Notes: generated by a model from the sequence alone, not told the origin. Shown: positions 39,886-48,077, counted from the first letter of the stretch. The stretch is DNA of 64,000 bases from an uncultured Alphaproteobacteria bacterium (GCA_944390895.1 CALXRQ010000004.1:8069-72068), one strand, 5' to 3'. A program made the numbers and translations.

Positions 39886-39915
39886 AGTCCGATAACTGCA
39901 CAGCAGGCTGCACCA
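39886..39915 (+). repeat. tRNA-3'-end-like 30-mer, copy B
   Basis: AGTCCGATAACTGCACAGCAGGCTGCACCA. Begins a ~145-bp imperfect direct repeat of 38398-38540. Confidence 0.65.
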
Positions 39916-39926
39916 TTTTTGATTAT

Positions 39927-39949
39927 GCACCGTTAAAGGTGCTTTTTTT
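39927..39949 (+). terminator. intrinsic terminator following repeat B
   Basis: GCACC/GGTGC stem plus T7. Confidence 0.6.
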
Positions 39950-39973
39950 GTATATATTCCAAGACTTTCATAA

Positions 39974-40025
39974 AGTCCGATTTTTTACATTTTAAAATTG
40001 GCAATTTTTGATGAATTATCGGACT
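39974..40025. repeat. 52-bp inverted-repeat element, copy 2
   Basis: Same length and same termini as 38481-38532, with a diverged interior. Confidence 0.6.
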
Positions 40026-40029
40026 TTTA

Positions 40030-40671
40030 CTATATCCTTAATATTCCATGCAACATGATATATATTGGCAACATTAGGAAGAAAGATATTGCATAACTCA
40101 AAATATTAGCTCGTAAAATTCCTTTAGATAAAACATCGTTACTATATGTGTTTCGCAAATACTTTTTTGTTATAAATCTCTCGATAAAATATGAGAAAAA
40201 ACAAAAAAAGATATTATAAAAAAGCATAATAAAAATAAAGCCTATCGTAACTACGACAGAGTTTCGAGGAAGATATGCCAATATTCCATATAATGGTCCA
40301 AGTGTTAAATATCCAATGTGATGAGAATCAGAAACGAACATTACAGTATAAAAAGCAAGACATAAAATTATTCCGCCTAAAACCGTTGAAACAAAGTTTG
40401 AAACTGAAACAATTTCAATTATTTTTGCAGTATTTGTTGTTTTAAAATACTTTTTTTTCAAAAATAAAGTTTCACATAATATAATGAATACTAAACAAAT
40501 GAATGTAATTATAGAACTAGATAGTGGATATCCTAACCCTATGATTCCTGAAGTTGCCGCAACAGATTGGATTGTATTTATCCATAGGGGCAATCCTCCA
40601 TTAGCAAATGCTAAAGATGGAAATAAAAAACATGATAGAAATAACAAGCTTATTTTAATGTTTTTTATCAT
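40030..40671 (-). CDS. polytopic membrane protein, unknown function
   Basis: 213 aa; signal-like N-terminus followed by about 6 TM helices; AT-rich codon usage. Confidence 0.5.
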   Translation of the reverse strand: MIKNIKISLLFLSCFLFPSLAFANGGLPLWINTIQSVAATSGIIGLGYPLSSSIITFICLVFIILCETLFLKKKYFKTTNTAKIIEIVSVSNFVSTVLGGIILCLAFYTVMFVSDSHHIGYLTLGPLYGILAYLPRNSVVVTIGFIFIMLFYNIFFCFFSYFIERFITKKYLRNTYSNDVLSKGILRANILSYAISFFLMLPIYIMLHGILRI

Positions 40672-40789
40672 AATATAATATCCTTATTTAAGTACTCGGT
40701 TACATATAGTATCCAGCCATAAAGGTAAAAATATATTAAATAAAACATCTTAGGTTCTGGTTTAATTTTATAAAATCATCATAAAAATT

Positions 40790-40819
40790 AGTCCGATAAT
40801 TGCACAATATCGCGCACCA
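40790..40819 (+). repeat. tRNA-3'-end-like 30-mer, copy C
   Basis: AGTCCGATAATTGCACAATATCGCGCACCA. Confidence 0.6.
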
Positions 40820-40826
40820 TAAAAAA

Positions 40827-40851
40827 AGCCTCCTTAAAGGAGGCTTTTTTT
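40827..40851. terminator. bidirectional intrinsic terminator following repeat C
   Basis: AGCCTCC/GGAGGCT stem with A7 and T7 flanks. Confidence 0.65.
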
Positions 40852-40973
40852 ATGGTTGTCGTTAAAAGAACGGAGTTGCGAAGCAAGTCTGACGGAGCCG
40901 TCTGAAAATTGTCAACCGGCAGAGGACGAGGAGCAAAGCGACGAGGTCTTGAGCGACAGCGATTGATGATAAT

Positions 40974-41246
40974 GTGACAGATGAAAATAAACATCAGTAT
41001 ATGAGTTGTCTGGCCGGAAAAGGCGGAAAGTTGGAGGCAACAATTGGTTGGAGTGCGGGACTGATTAAAGAAGCTAAAGACTTAGCCCAAAAGATTCCAA
41101 ACACTGAGACCAGAAATCGTTATGGCGGAGTTGGCAATATTTTCAAAGATAGCGCTAAGGACATAACCAATAATTGGAAAGGTTTACACTATGGCTTGGA
41201 AAATAAAGGTAAATGTGTCAATTTGCTTGAAAGAAAACTTCCTTAA
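40974..41246 (+). CDS. small soluble protein with a weak serum-amyloid-A-like pattern (possibly a gene remnant)
   Basis: 90-aa ORF with a GTG start and no clear RBS. WSAGLIKEAKD and KDSAKDITNNWKG resemble the SAA blocks WAAEAISDARE and EDSLADQAANEWG. Confidence 0.35.
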   Translation: MTDENKHQYMSCLAGKGGKLEATIGWSAGLIKEAKDLAQKIPNTETRNRYGGVGNIFKDSAKDITNNWKGLHYGLENKGKCVNLLERKLP

Positions 41247-41313
41247 TTGACGATTTTATAAATTTGTGAGAATATCTCTCTCTGTATACTTATAATGCTT
41301 GGGGTATTCTCAC

Positions 41314-41619
41314 ATGAAATCTAAAGTTAAATCTTTATTGTTTTGGGCGTTCTTCTTTTTTCTGTTAATTTGCTTAATGTTTTGGGGGGTATTTTTCTTT
41401 ATAAATACTGGAAATTTCTATTATTTTATGGGACGTCTTGTGGAAATTTCGGGCTACTTATTCATTGCCGCGTATGTTGTTTTTACAATTCTTATCTTTA
41501 CCCATAAATTTCCGGAAAGAATAAAACGATTTGAAAAGTTTAGATATCTGGGGGTAATGGTTTTGTTAATTTTTATTGAAATCTTCGTGATTGTTTCCGC
41601 TCTTCCTGATTTAGATTGA
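41314..41619 (+). CDS. small membrane protein (3-4 TM), unknown function
   Basis: ATG at 41314 (MKSKVKSLLFWAFFFF...); very hydrophobic. Confidence 0.45.
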   Translation: MKSKVKSLLFWAFFFFLLICLMFWGVFFFINTGNFYYFMGRLVEISGYLFIAAYVVFTILIFTHKFPERIKRFEKFRYLGVMVLLIFIEIFVIVSALPDLD

Positions 41620-41677
41620 AGTTTTCTGCACCCACCTCCATTTTTTTTGTTAATTGCTTAAATTCTTCATAGTTTTC

Positions 41678-41707
41678 AGTCCGATAATCGCACAGTAACG
41701 CGCACCA
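41678..41707 (+). repeat. tRNA-3'-end-like 30-mer, copy D
   Basis: AGTCCGATAATCGCACAGTAACGCGCACCA. Confidence 0.6.
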
Positions 41708-41715
41708 TAAAAAAA

Positions 41716-41744
41716 GCACCGCTTGAAACAAGGCGGTGCTTTTT
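41716..41744. terminator. bidirectional intrinsic terminator following repeat D
   Basis: GCACCGC...GCGGTGC stem with A- and T-runs. Also lies 3' of the minus-strand 166-aa gene. Confidence 0.65.
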
Positions 41745-41762
41745 CTACATTAGGGCTTTTCT

Positions 41763-42263
41763 TTAAGATGCCAGAAAGGATTCCACCTTACGCAGATCTT
41801 CCTCGGCTTTAGCCTTTTTTTCAGCTTGGCGAATGGCGTTCCGGCGTTCCCTTTCAGCCTTTTCGGCTTCATCGAGAACTTTCTTAATCGCAGCCTCCTC
41901 CTCGCTAATTTCAGCTATGGTTTTAGCGCCATAGGCCCGCAGCAGTTTTTCCACGGCTTTACTGTGACGGCCAATGTCCAGCAAAGTTCTGGTTTCATAA
42001 TGTGAAAGGTCACAATACTCAGGCGGACTGCTCCAACTTTCATTCACCCAAACCTGAACTCTCGTGTTCGGATCCATACCTTTTTCAAGCAGCATAATCA
42101 ACTTATCGATATCCGCCTTTTCACAAGCCTCTATCAATTCGTCGGTTTCTTTTTTCCGTTGTTCAATTTCTTTTTTGGCTCTGTACTTTTTCCAGAAGCA
42201 AAACAAATACACCAACAGACCACCGGCAAAAAAACTCACGGCAAAATAAATAATTGTTTTCAT
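41763..42263 (-). CDS. membrane-anchored protein with an ankyrin-like segment and a charged coiled-coil tail
   Basis: N-terminal TM helix; ACEKADIDKLIMLLEKGMDPN resembles an ankyrin repeat; the C-terminus is rich in E, K, A and R. Confidence 0.45.
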   Translation of the reverse strand: MKTIIYFAVSFFAGGLLVYLFCFWKKYRAKKEIEQRKKETDELIEACEKADIDKLIMLLEKGMDPNTRVQVWVNESWSSPPEYCDLSHYETRTLLDIGRHSKAVEKLLRAYGAKTIAEISEEEAAIKKVLDEAEKAERERRNAIRQAEKKAKAEEDLRKVESFLAS

Positions 42264-42528
42264 AACTTTATATTTTTAAGTTAATTTTTTTCAAAAATAA
42301 AAAGCATATTATGAAACAAGCCCCGATCAGCTTAATAGTCGAACATAATAATGCTTTTGATAAAAGGGAATATATCATATTTCCATCGCCGACTCAAGCA
42401 CAAAATTTGACAAAAAAAATATCATATTTTATGCTTCAGTTTAATATTAAACAGTTTGTCCGTCACCAGATATTGCATTTTTTCAATTATCCGGTAGATT
42501 ATCAAAATAAGAAGCGAGGGAGACATAA

Positions 42529-43041
42529 ATGTTAGTTATCAGAGCGGAGCAGCAAACCGATTATGAAAAAATCCGCCATGTTGTAACCGAAGCATTCAAA
42601 ACGGCCGAACACAGCGACGGAAACGAGCAAAATCTGGTTGAGGCTTTGAGAAAAAGCCAATCGTTTATCCCAGAACTTTCGCTCGTGGCGGTTAAAGACG
42701 ATGAGCTTGTCGGACATATCATGTTTACAAAAGCATTTGTAAACGAGACCGAGGTTCTGGCTCTGGCACCGTTATCCGTTTTGCCGGCTTATCAGAAGCA
42801 AGGCATCGGTCTGGCTTTGATTAAACGCGGACATGAAATCGCCAAAAGCTCGGGCTATAAATTTTCCGTTGTTTTGGGACATGCACAATATTATCCCAAG
42901 GCCGGTTATGTCCCTGCAAGCAGATACGGCATAAAAGCTCCTTTTAAGGCGGCGGACGAAAACTTTATGGCAATTTGTCTCAACGACACCGGCTGCCGAT
43001 TAAACGGCACAATCCGATATGACGCCGCGTTTGGCATTTGA
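42529..43041 (+). CDS. GNAT-family N-acetyltransferase (YhbS-like)
   Basis: Acetyl-CoA motif YQKQGIGLALIKRG; GAGGGAG RBS. Confidence 0.75.
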   Translation: MLVIRAEQQTDYEKIRHVVTEAFKTAEHSDGNEQNLVEALRKSQSFIPELSLVAVKDDELVGHIMFTKAFVNETEVLALAPLSVLPAYQKQGIGLALIKRGHEIAKSSGYKFSVVLGHAQYYPKAGYVPASRYGIKAPFKAADENFMAICLNDTGCRLNGTIRYDAAFGI

Positions 43042-43182
43042 CCGGCTTTCAGACGACGTTTTTCAAGAACAGGAAGAAAACTTTCCGAAAGATTATAAAT
43101 TTATTACTTAAAATCTTATATCTTTTTTAAGAATAGTCAGATATACTGTGTTTATTCCCCAATAACTGATTAGGGAGGAGAG

Positions 43183-43326
43183 ATGACCGAAAGCCCTAAG
43201 AAAATTCAAAAAAAACGTTCGGAACTGCGTTTTGAACGTGAAGCAAAAGCCCTGCAAAAAAATCTGGAAAAGCGTAAAAAACAGCAAAAGGCCAGAGAAG
43301 AACTGAAAAAGTCTGAAGGAAAATAG
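43183..43326 (+). CDS. small highly basic protein (47 aa; absent from the ORF track)
   Basis: GGGAGGAG lies 4 nt upstream of the ATG. Translation: MTESPKKIQKKRSELRFEREAKALQKNLEKRKKQQKAREELKKSEGK. Confidence 0.5.
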   Translation: MTESPKKIQKKRSELRFEREAKALQKNLEKRKKQQKAREELKKSEGK

Positions 43327-43374
43327 CCCTCAGGCTTTTATTGTTTAGCAAGCAACCGCACAAGGAGAAAATTT

Positions 43375-44682
43375 ATGGATAAGATTAAAATCAAAGGCGG
43401 TCGACGCCTGGAAGGAAAAATCTATATCAGCGGCGCAAAAAATGCCGCTCTGCCCCTGATTTGCGCCAGCCTTTTAACCAAAGACACGGTTACGCTGACC
43501 AATATGCCGATGCTGTCCGACATTGCGTCGATGAACGCGCTGCTTCGGCAACTCGGGACTCAGATTGACGAATTTAACGACTTTGTCGACGGGCATCCGT
43601 CCAAGACCTATTCTTATCGGACGGCAGAGGCTTCTTCTCTGACCGCTCCTTATGACTATGTGCGAAAAATGCGCGCTTCATATTATGTTTTGGGTCCGCT
43701 GCTGGCGCGCTACGGCCATGTGGAGGTCTCGCTGCCCGGCGGATGTGCTATCGGTGCGCGGCCAATGGACATTCACCTTTCGGCTTTGGAACAGATGGGC
43801 GCCAAAATAGAGATTAAAAACGGCTATATCATCGCTGACGCTCCCGACAAACTTCAAGGCGCGCATATCGCCTTTCATACGGCTTCGGTCGGCGCCACCT
43901 GCAATATTATGATGGCCGCGGCTCTAGCCTGCGGAACCACGATTATCGAGAACGCCGCCAAAGAACCCGAGATTGCCGATTTGGCCGAGCTGCTGAACGC
44001 CATGGGCGCGCAAATTTCCGGACAGGGAACCTCAACCATCACCATTGAGGGCGTCAGCGCTTTGTCCGGCGCCAGACATAAGGTTATTCCCGACCGGATA
44101 GAGGCCGGTTCCTATGCCGTGGCGGCTGCGATCACGCGCGGAAAAATAGAGCTGATCAACGCGCAAATGCAAACGTTGCAAAACCCGATGCAAATTCTGC
44201 GGGACGCCGGGGTAAAAGTGAGCGAAACGCCAAACGGCATTTTGGTTGATGCCATTAACGCAAAACTCAGCGGACAGGATATTATGACTGATTATTATCC
44301 GGGATTTCCGACTGACCTGCAGGCTCAGTTTCTGGCTCTGATGCTGACGGCCGAAGGCGCGTCGATGGTCACCGAGACCATTTGGGAAAACCGTTTCATG
44401 CATGTTCCGGAACTGATGCGGATGGGTGCGAACATCAACGTCCACGGCCATGCTTCGGCCATTGTCCGCGGCGTGAAAAAACTTTCGGGCGCCCAAGTGA
44501 TGGCCACCGACCTCAGGGCTTCGTTCGCACTGGTTCTGGCGGGACTGGCCGCCGAAGGAGAAACCATCGTCAACCGCGTGTACCATCTTGACCGCGGCTA
44601 CGAAAAACTGGAAGAAAAGCTCAAAGGGGTCGGCGCCGACATTGAACGCATTAAAGAAGCGGACGAACTGGCTGCGGAATAA
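43375..44682 (+). CDS. murA: UDP-N-acetylglucosamine 1-carboxyvinyltransferase
   Basis: 435 aa; KISGAKNAALP and the active-site loop LPGGCAIGARPMD. Confidence 0.95.
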   Translation: MDKIKIKGGRRLEGKIYISGAKNAALPLICASLLTKDTVTLTNMPMLSDIASMNALLRQLGTQIDEFNDFVDGHPSKTYSYRTAEASSLTAPYDYVRKMRASYYVLGPLLARYGHVEVSLPGGCAIGARPMDIHLSALEQMGAKIEIKNGYIIADAPDKLQGAHIAFHTASVGATCNIMMAAALACGTTIIENAAKEPEIADLAELLNAMGAQISGQGTSTITIEGVSALSGARHKVIPDRIEAGSYAVAAAITRGKIELINAQMQTLQNPMQILRDAGVKVSETPNGILVDAINAKLSGQDIMTDYYPGFPTDLQAQFLALMLTAEGASMVTETIWENRFMHVPELMRMGANINVHGHASAIVRGVKKLSGAQVMATDLRASFALVLAGLAAEGETIVNRVYHLDRGYEKLEEKLKGVGADIERIKEADELAAE

Positions 44683-44684
44683 GC

Positions 44685-45404
44685 CTAAACAACCCGGGCC
44701 ACGGTCAGGGTATCCACCGAACGGGCTCCTGCCCGCTTTAGCGCCAGAGCGCATTCTTTCAGCGTGGAACCGGTGGTCATGACGTCGTCAATCAGGACAA
44801 CTCTTTTGCCTTTGATTTTTTCGGGATGTTTTACGCTGAAAGCGCCTTTAAGATTTTTAATCCGTTCATGACCGGAAAATTCCACCTGCGGACGGGTACG
44901 CCGATGTTTGACCAGTGACGTATAATCGGTCGGAACGCCATTCAGCTTATGCAGTTCTGCAGCCAGAAGCGCACATTGGTTATAGCGTCTTTTCAGCAGA
45001 CGCGTATAGTGCAGCGGCACCGGAAGCATCAGGTCGACACCGGCGGCCCAAATGTCGCGGCCGGCAAGGTTCAGCCAACGGGCAAGCGTGGCGGCGTTGT
45101 CGGTTTTATCCATAAATTTAAACGCCAGAATCAGGTTCTTTGACGCCTCGTCGTAATGAACCGCGGAACGGCTGAAACGGAAAGGCGTTTTGAGATTTTT
45201 CATGCAGCGCCCGCACAGCATTTTTCCTGCCGAAGGCGTAGTTTCAAACGGATGTCCGCACTTTTGGCAATAGGGCGCGGAGATAAAATTGATTTCGTTA
45301 AAACAGTCCGCGCACAAACCCGAATCGTCGGCAATGACGGCACCGCATTTAATGCAGCGCGGCGGCAGAATTGCATTGAGAAGATTATCGAAAAAAGCCC
45401 ACAT
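44685..45404 (-). CDS. ComF-family phosphoribosyltransferase-domain protein
   Basis: N-terminal paired CxxC zinc-finger motifs plus the PRTase motif VVLIDDVMTTGSTL. Confidence 0.75.
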   Translation of the reverse strand: MWAFFDNLLNAILPPRCIKCGAVIADDSGLCADCFNEINFISAPYCQKCGHPFETTPSAGKMLCGRCMKNLKTPFRFSRSAVHYDEASKNLILAFKFMDKTDNAATLARWLNLAGRDIWAAGVDLMLPVPLHYTRLLKRRYNQCALLAAELHKLNGVPTDYTSLVKHRRTRPQVEFSGHERIKNLKGAFSVKHPEKIKGKRVVLIDDVMTTGSTLKECALALKRAGARSVDTLTVARVV

Positions 45405-46301
45405 TCAGAGACGGCAGCAATTTTCGCAGCACTGAAAAATCTTTTCCAGCTCGCGGTGAATATGATTGATATTGTTCACAACGGTAATGCCGGCATCGAG
45501 CATTGCGTCTTTTTTGTCCTGCGCGGAAATGCGTCCCTTGGTAATAATGTCTCCGGCATAACCCATTTTATGCCCGAACGGCACGGCATCGCCGGCCACA
45601 AAACCGATGACCGGCTTCTTATGTTCCAGCGACTTGTAAAATCGGGCGCCGTCTTCTTCAAAGGTTCCGCCCAAGCGGCCGAGAACGATTACCGCTTCGG
45701 TTTCCGGGTCTTCATGAAAATATTTCAGCGTCTCGACAAAATCCATACCGATTATCATATCATCGCCCAAGCCGATTACCGTCGACTGGCCGAGACCGAC
45801 CCGGTTGGTTTCTATCACGGCCTCATAGGTCAGGGTCGACGAACGGGAAATGATGCCGATTTTTCCGCGGTGATGAATGTTTTCGGGAAAAATACCCAGC
45901 CGTGCCTCACCGGGCGTGATGATTCCCGGCGTGTTCGGCCCGATAAGCTTGGTTTTGGAGCCTTTCAGCATAGCCTTGATTTCCAGCATGTCTTTAATCG
46001 GCACGCCGTCGGCAATGCAGACCATCAGATCCAGTTCCGCTTCCACTGCCTCGCGGGCGGCTCCCTTGACGTACGGCGCCGGCACGAACATAACGCTGGC
46101 ATTGGCTCCGGTTTCCTTAACCGCTTCGGCGACCGTGTTAAAAACCGGCAACCCCAAATGCATGCTGCCCCCTTTGCCCGGCGTAACGCCGCTAACGACA
46201 TGGGTTCCGTAATCCAGCGAGCGCTGAATATGAAACGTTGCCTGCGTACCGGTAATGCCCTGACAAACCACTTTGGTGCTCTTATCTACCAGAATCGACA
46301 T
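45405..46301 (-). CDS. sucD: succinate--CoA ligase alpha subunit
   Basis: VVCQGITGTQATFH N-terminus and conserved SucD core; abuts sucC. Confidence 0.9.
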   Translation of the reverse strand: MSILVDKSTKVVCQGITGTQATFHIQRSLDYGTHVVSGVTPGKGGSMHLGLPVFNTVAEAVKETGANASVMFVPAPYVKGAAREAVEAELDLMVCIADGVPIKDMLEIKAMLKGSKTKLIGPNTPGIITPGEARLGIFPENIHHRGKIGIISRSSTLTYEAVIETNRVGLGQSTVIGLGDDMIIGMDFVETLKYFHEDPETEAVIVLGRLGGTFEEDGARFYKSLEHKKPVIGFVAGDAVPFGHKMGYAGDIITKGRISAQDKKDAMLDAGITVVNNINHIHRELEKIFQCCENCCRL

Positions 46302-47504
46302 CTAATCACTCTCCTCTATGGCCTTAATCAGCTTGTCGGCAGCCTCGTCCATTTCATCGGCAATGATAATCGGCAGTTTGGAATGAATAAGGATATCCTT
46401 GGCATCGTCTTTGTTGGTGCCTTCAAAATGGACGACCAGCGGAACGTTCAACCCAACTTCGGAGGCCGCCGCGACAATTCCTTCCGCAACCAGATTGCAA
46501 CGCAGAAAACCGCCGAGAATATTAATCAGAATCCCTTCCACGCGAGGATTGGTCATGATGATTTTAATGCCGGAAGCTATCTTGTCTTTGTCAACGCCGC
46601 CTTTAACGTTCAGATAGCAGGCCGCTCCGTAGCCTTTGGCGCGAAGCACGTCCATAACCGCCATGGCCAGACCGTCGCCGTTGACAATGCAGCCGATACT
46701 GCCGTCAAATTCGGAATAGCCGAACTTGTATTTAGCCGCCTGCAGCTCCCGGTCATCGGCTTCATAATCGTCCTGCAAAACCTTAATGTCCTTATGGCGA
46801 TAGAGCGCATTGTCGTCAAAAGATATTTTGGCATCAAGCGCGATAAGCGCTCCGTTGGCCAAAACGCCGACCGGATTGATTTCAATCATGGTCGCATCAT
46901 AGTCCAGAAAAGCCTGATGCATACCGTTGATGAGGGTTTCCAGACTTTTGGCGCTGCGCGGAGAAAGGCCGACAAACTCCAGCACCTGCTGAATCTGCTT
47001 CGGTTCCACACCGTCATTGAGCGGGAGTTCTATTTTCAAAATTTGTTCCGGCGTGCTGACCGCAATGTCACTGATATCCTGATCTTTGGTTTCGGCAATG
47101 AGCAACGTGACGGCAGACTTCATACGGTCGACAACCAAACCGGCGTAAAAAATTTTTTTGACTTTATTAAAGGCCTCGACATAAATGCGGCTGACCTGCT
47201 TGCCTTTGGGACCGGTTTGGAGCGTTACCAGAGTCGCCCCCAACATCTGCTCCGCATTTCTGACAATTTCGCGACGGCTTTTTATCTGACGGATGCCGCC
47301 TTTTTTGCCGGCTTTTTCTTCAAGAAAATATCCGCGATTGCGGGCGCCGGACTGGATTTGGGCTTTTAACATCCACGGACCGCGGAAAGAAATTTTGGAA
47401 GCGACCCTTTTCGCTTCGTTCGGGGTATAGGCGATACCGCCTTTGGGGATTGTAATCCCGTAGCGGTTCAAAATTTTTTTAGCCTGATACTCGTGAATAT
47501 TCAT
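46302..47504 (-). CDS. sucC: succinate--CoA ligase beta subunit
   Basis: MNIHEYQAKKIL N-terminus; ATP-grasp and ligase-CoA domains. Confidence 0.9.
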   Translation of the reverse strand: MNIHEYQAKKILNRYGITIPKGGIAYTPNEAKRVASKISFRGPWMLKAQIQSGARNRGYFLEEKAGKKGGIRQIKSRREIVRNAEQMLGATLVTLQTGPKGKQVSRIYVEAFNKVKKIFYAGLVVDRMKSAVTLLIAETKDQDISDIAVSTPEQILKIELPLNDGVEPKQIQQVLEFVGLSPRSAKSLETLINGMHQAFLDYDATMIEINPVGVLANGALIALDAKISFDDNALYRHKDIKVLQDDYEADDRELQAAKYKFGYSEFDGSIGCIVNGDGLAMAVMDVLRAKGYGAACYLNVKGGVDKDKIASGIKIIMTNPRVEGILINILGGFLRCNLVAEGIVAAASEVGLNVPLVVHFEGTNKDDAKDILIHSKLPIIIADEMDEAADKLIKAIEESD

Positions 47505-47515
47505 TTAAACAATCC

Positions 47516-47914
47516 TTACAGGATGGAAGCATAGTAACGGATCTTTTCGGTCATGGCCCCCAAACCGTTGCGGCGGCTGGGGCTCAGATGTTCCTCAAGC
47601 CCCAGCCGGCCGAACAGGGAATCGACGTCGACCTGTAAAATCTCCTCCGGCGTCTTACCGGAAAAAATCGTCAACACAACGGATATAATCCCTTTTACGA
47701 TGGCGGCATCGCTGTCCCCCTTAAAAAACAACCGGCCGTCCTTTTTTTCAGGCACCAGCCAGACCTGCGACTGGCAGCCGCGCACTTTCCACTCTTCGGT
47801 GCGGAAACGGTCTTCCAACGGCGGGAGTCCGGCTCCCAGATCTATGATATAGCGGTATTTGTCTTCCCAGTCGTCAAGGAGTTCAAAATTTTCAATTAAT
47901 TCATTAATATCCAT
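47516..47914 (-). CDS. sufE: cysteine desulfuration protein SufE
   Basis: KVRGCQSQVW active-site motif. ATG at 47914 (MDINELIENF...). Confidence 0.8.
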   Translation of the reverse strand: MDINELIENFELLDDWEDKYRYIIDLGAGLPPLEDRFRTEEWKVRGCQSQVWLVPEKKDGRLFFKGDSDAAIVKGIISVVLTIFSGKTPEEILQVDVDSLFGRLGLEEHLSPSRRNGLGAMTEKIRYYASIL

Positions 47915-48077
47915 TTTCACCGTCCCATAATAAATATGGCAAATTTTTAACACCTTAATCGGCGCCCGTCCAGCCTTTTTTGACGGTAATTATATGTAAA
48001 AATCGGATAAATTAATTTGACTCCCGATTATAAAATGGTATTTTGATGGCATTAATCCACAATAACAGAGAAAAAAG

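Larger units (their letters stand above)
38423..41750. mobile_element. AT-rich accessory islet array 3' of tRNA-Thr, bounded by tRNA-3'-end-like repeats; no integrase seen
   Basis: Four AGTCCGAT...GCACCA segments, each followed by a terminator (38398, 39886, 40790, 41678), delimit three cassettes. The composition shift is visible by eye. Confidence 0.45.

Noticed and set aside
40897-40906. Exact match to the Neisseria 10-mer DNA uptake sequence GCCGTCTGAA inside the island
   Set aside because: I noticed only one copy. A single 10-mer match in 64 kb on both strands is not far from chance, and the organism is not otherwise Neisseria-like. It would only be worth revisiting if a genome-wide count shows enrichment.
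39886-41707. Whether repeats B, C and D are tRNA pseudogenes or partial tRNA genes
   Set aside because: Only about 30 nt resemble the tRNA 3' end (AGTCCGAT and GCACCA). They have no matching 5' acceptor strand, D arm or anticodon arm upstream, and their internal segments cannot form a T-arm. They are better described as att-like fragments than as tRNA genes.
38398-41750. Classical integron or CRISPR interpretation of the repeat-bounded cassettes
   Set aside because: There is no intI gene and no attC R'/R'' consensus (GTTRRRY/RYYYAAC). The repeats are too few, too irregularly spaced (about 0.9-1.5 kb) and too long-spaced for CRISPR, and no cas genes are present.
42311-42535. 74-aa ORF upstream of the GNAT gene
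   Set aside because: AT-rich with no RBS, and it overlaps the GNAT start and its SD. It probably lies within the divergent promoter region.
45156-47369. 737-aa plus-strand ORF, the longest plus-strand ORF in this part of the window
   Set aside because: It lies entirely antisense to the well-supported sucD/sucC (and comF) genes. Its translation is low-complexity and Arg/Gly/Phe-rich with no motifs, which is typical of a shadow ORF opposite a strongly coding strand.
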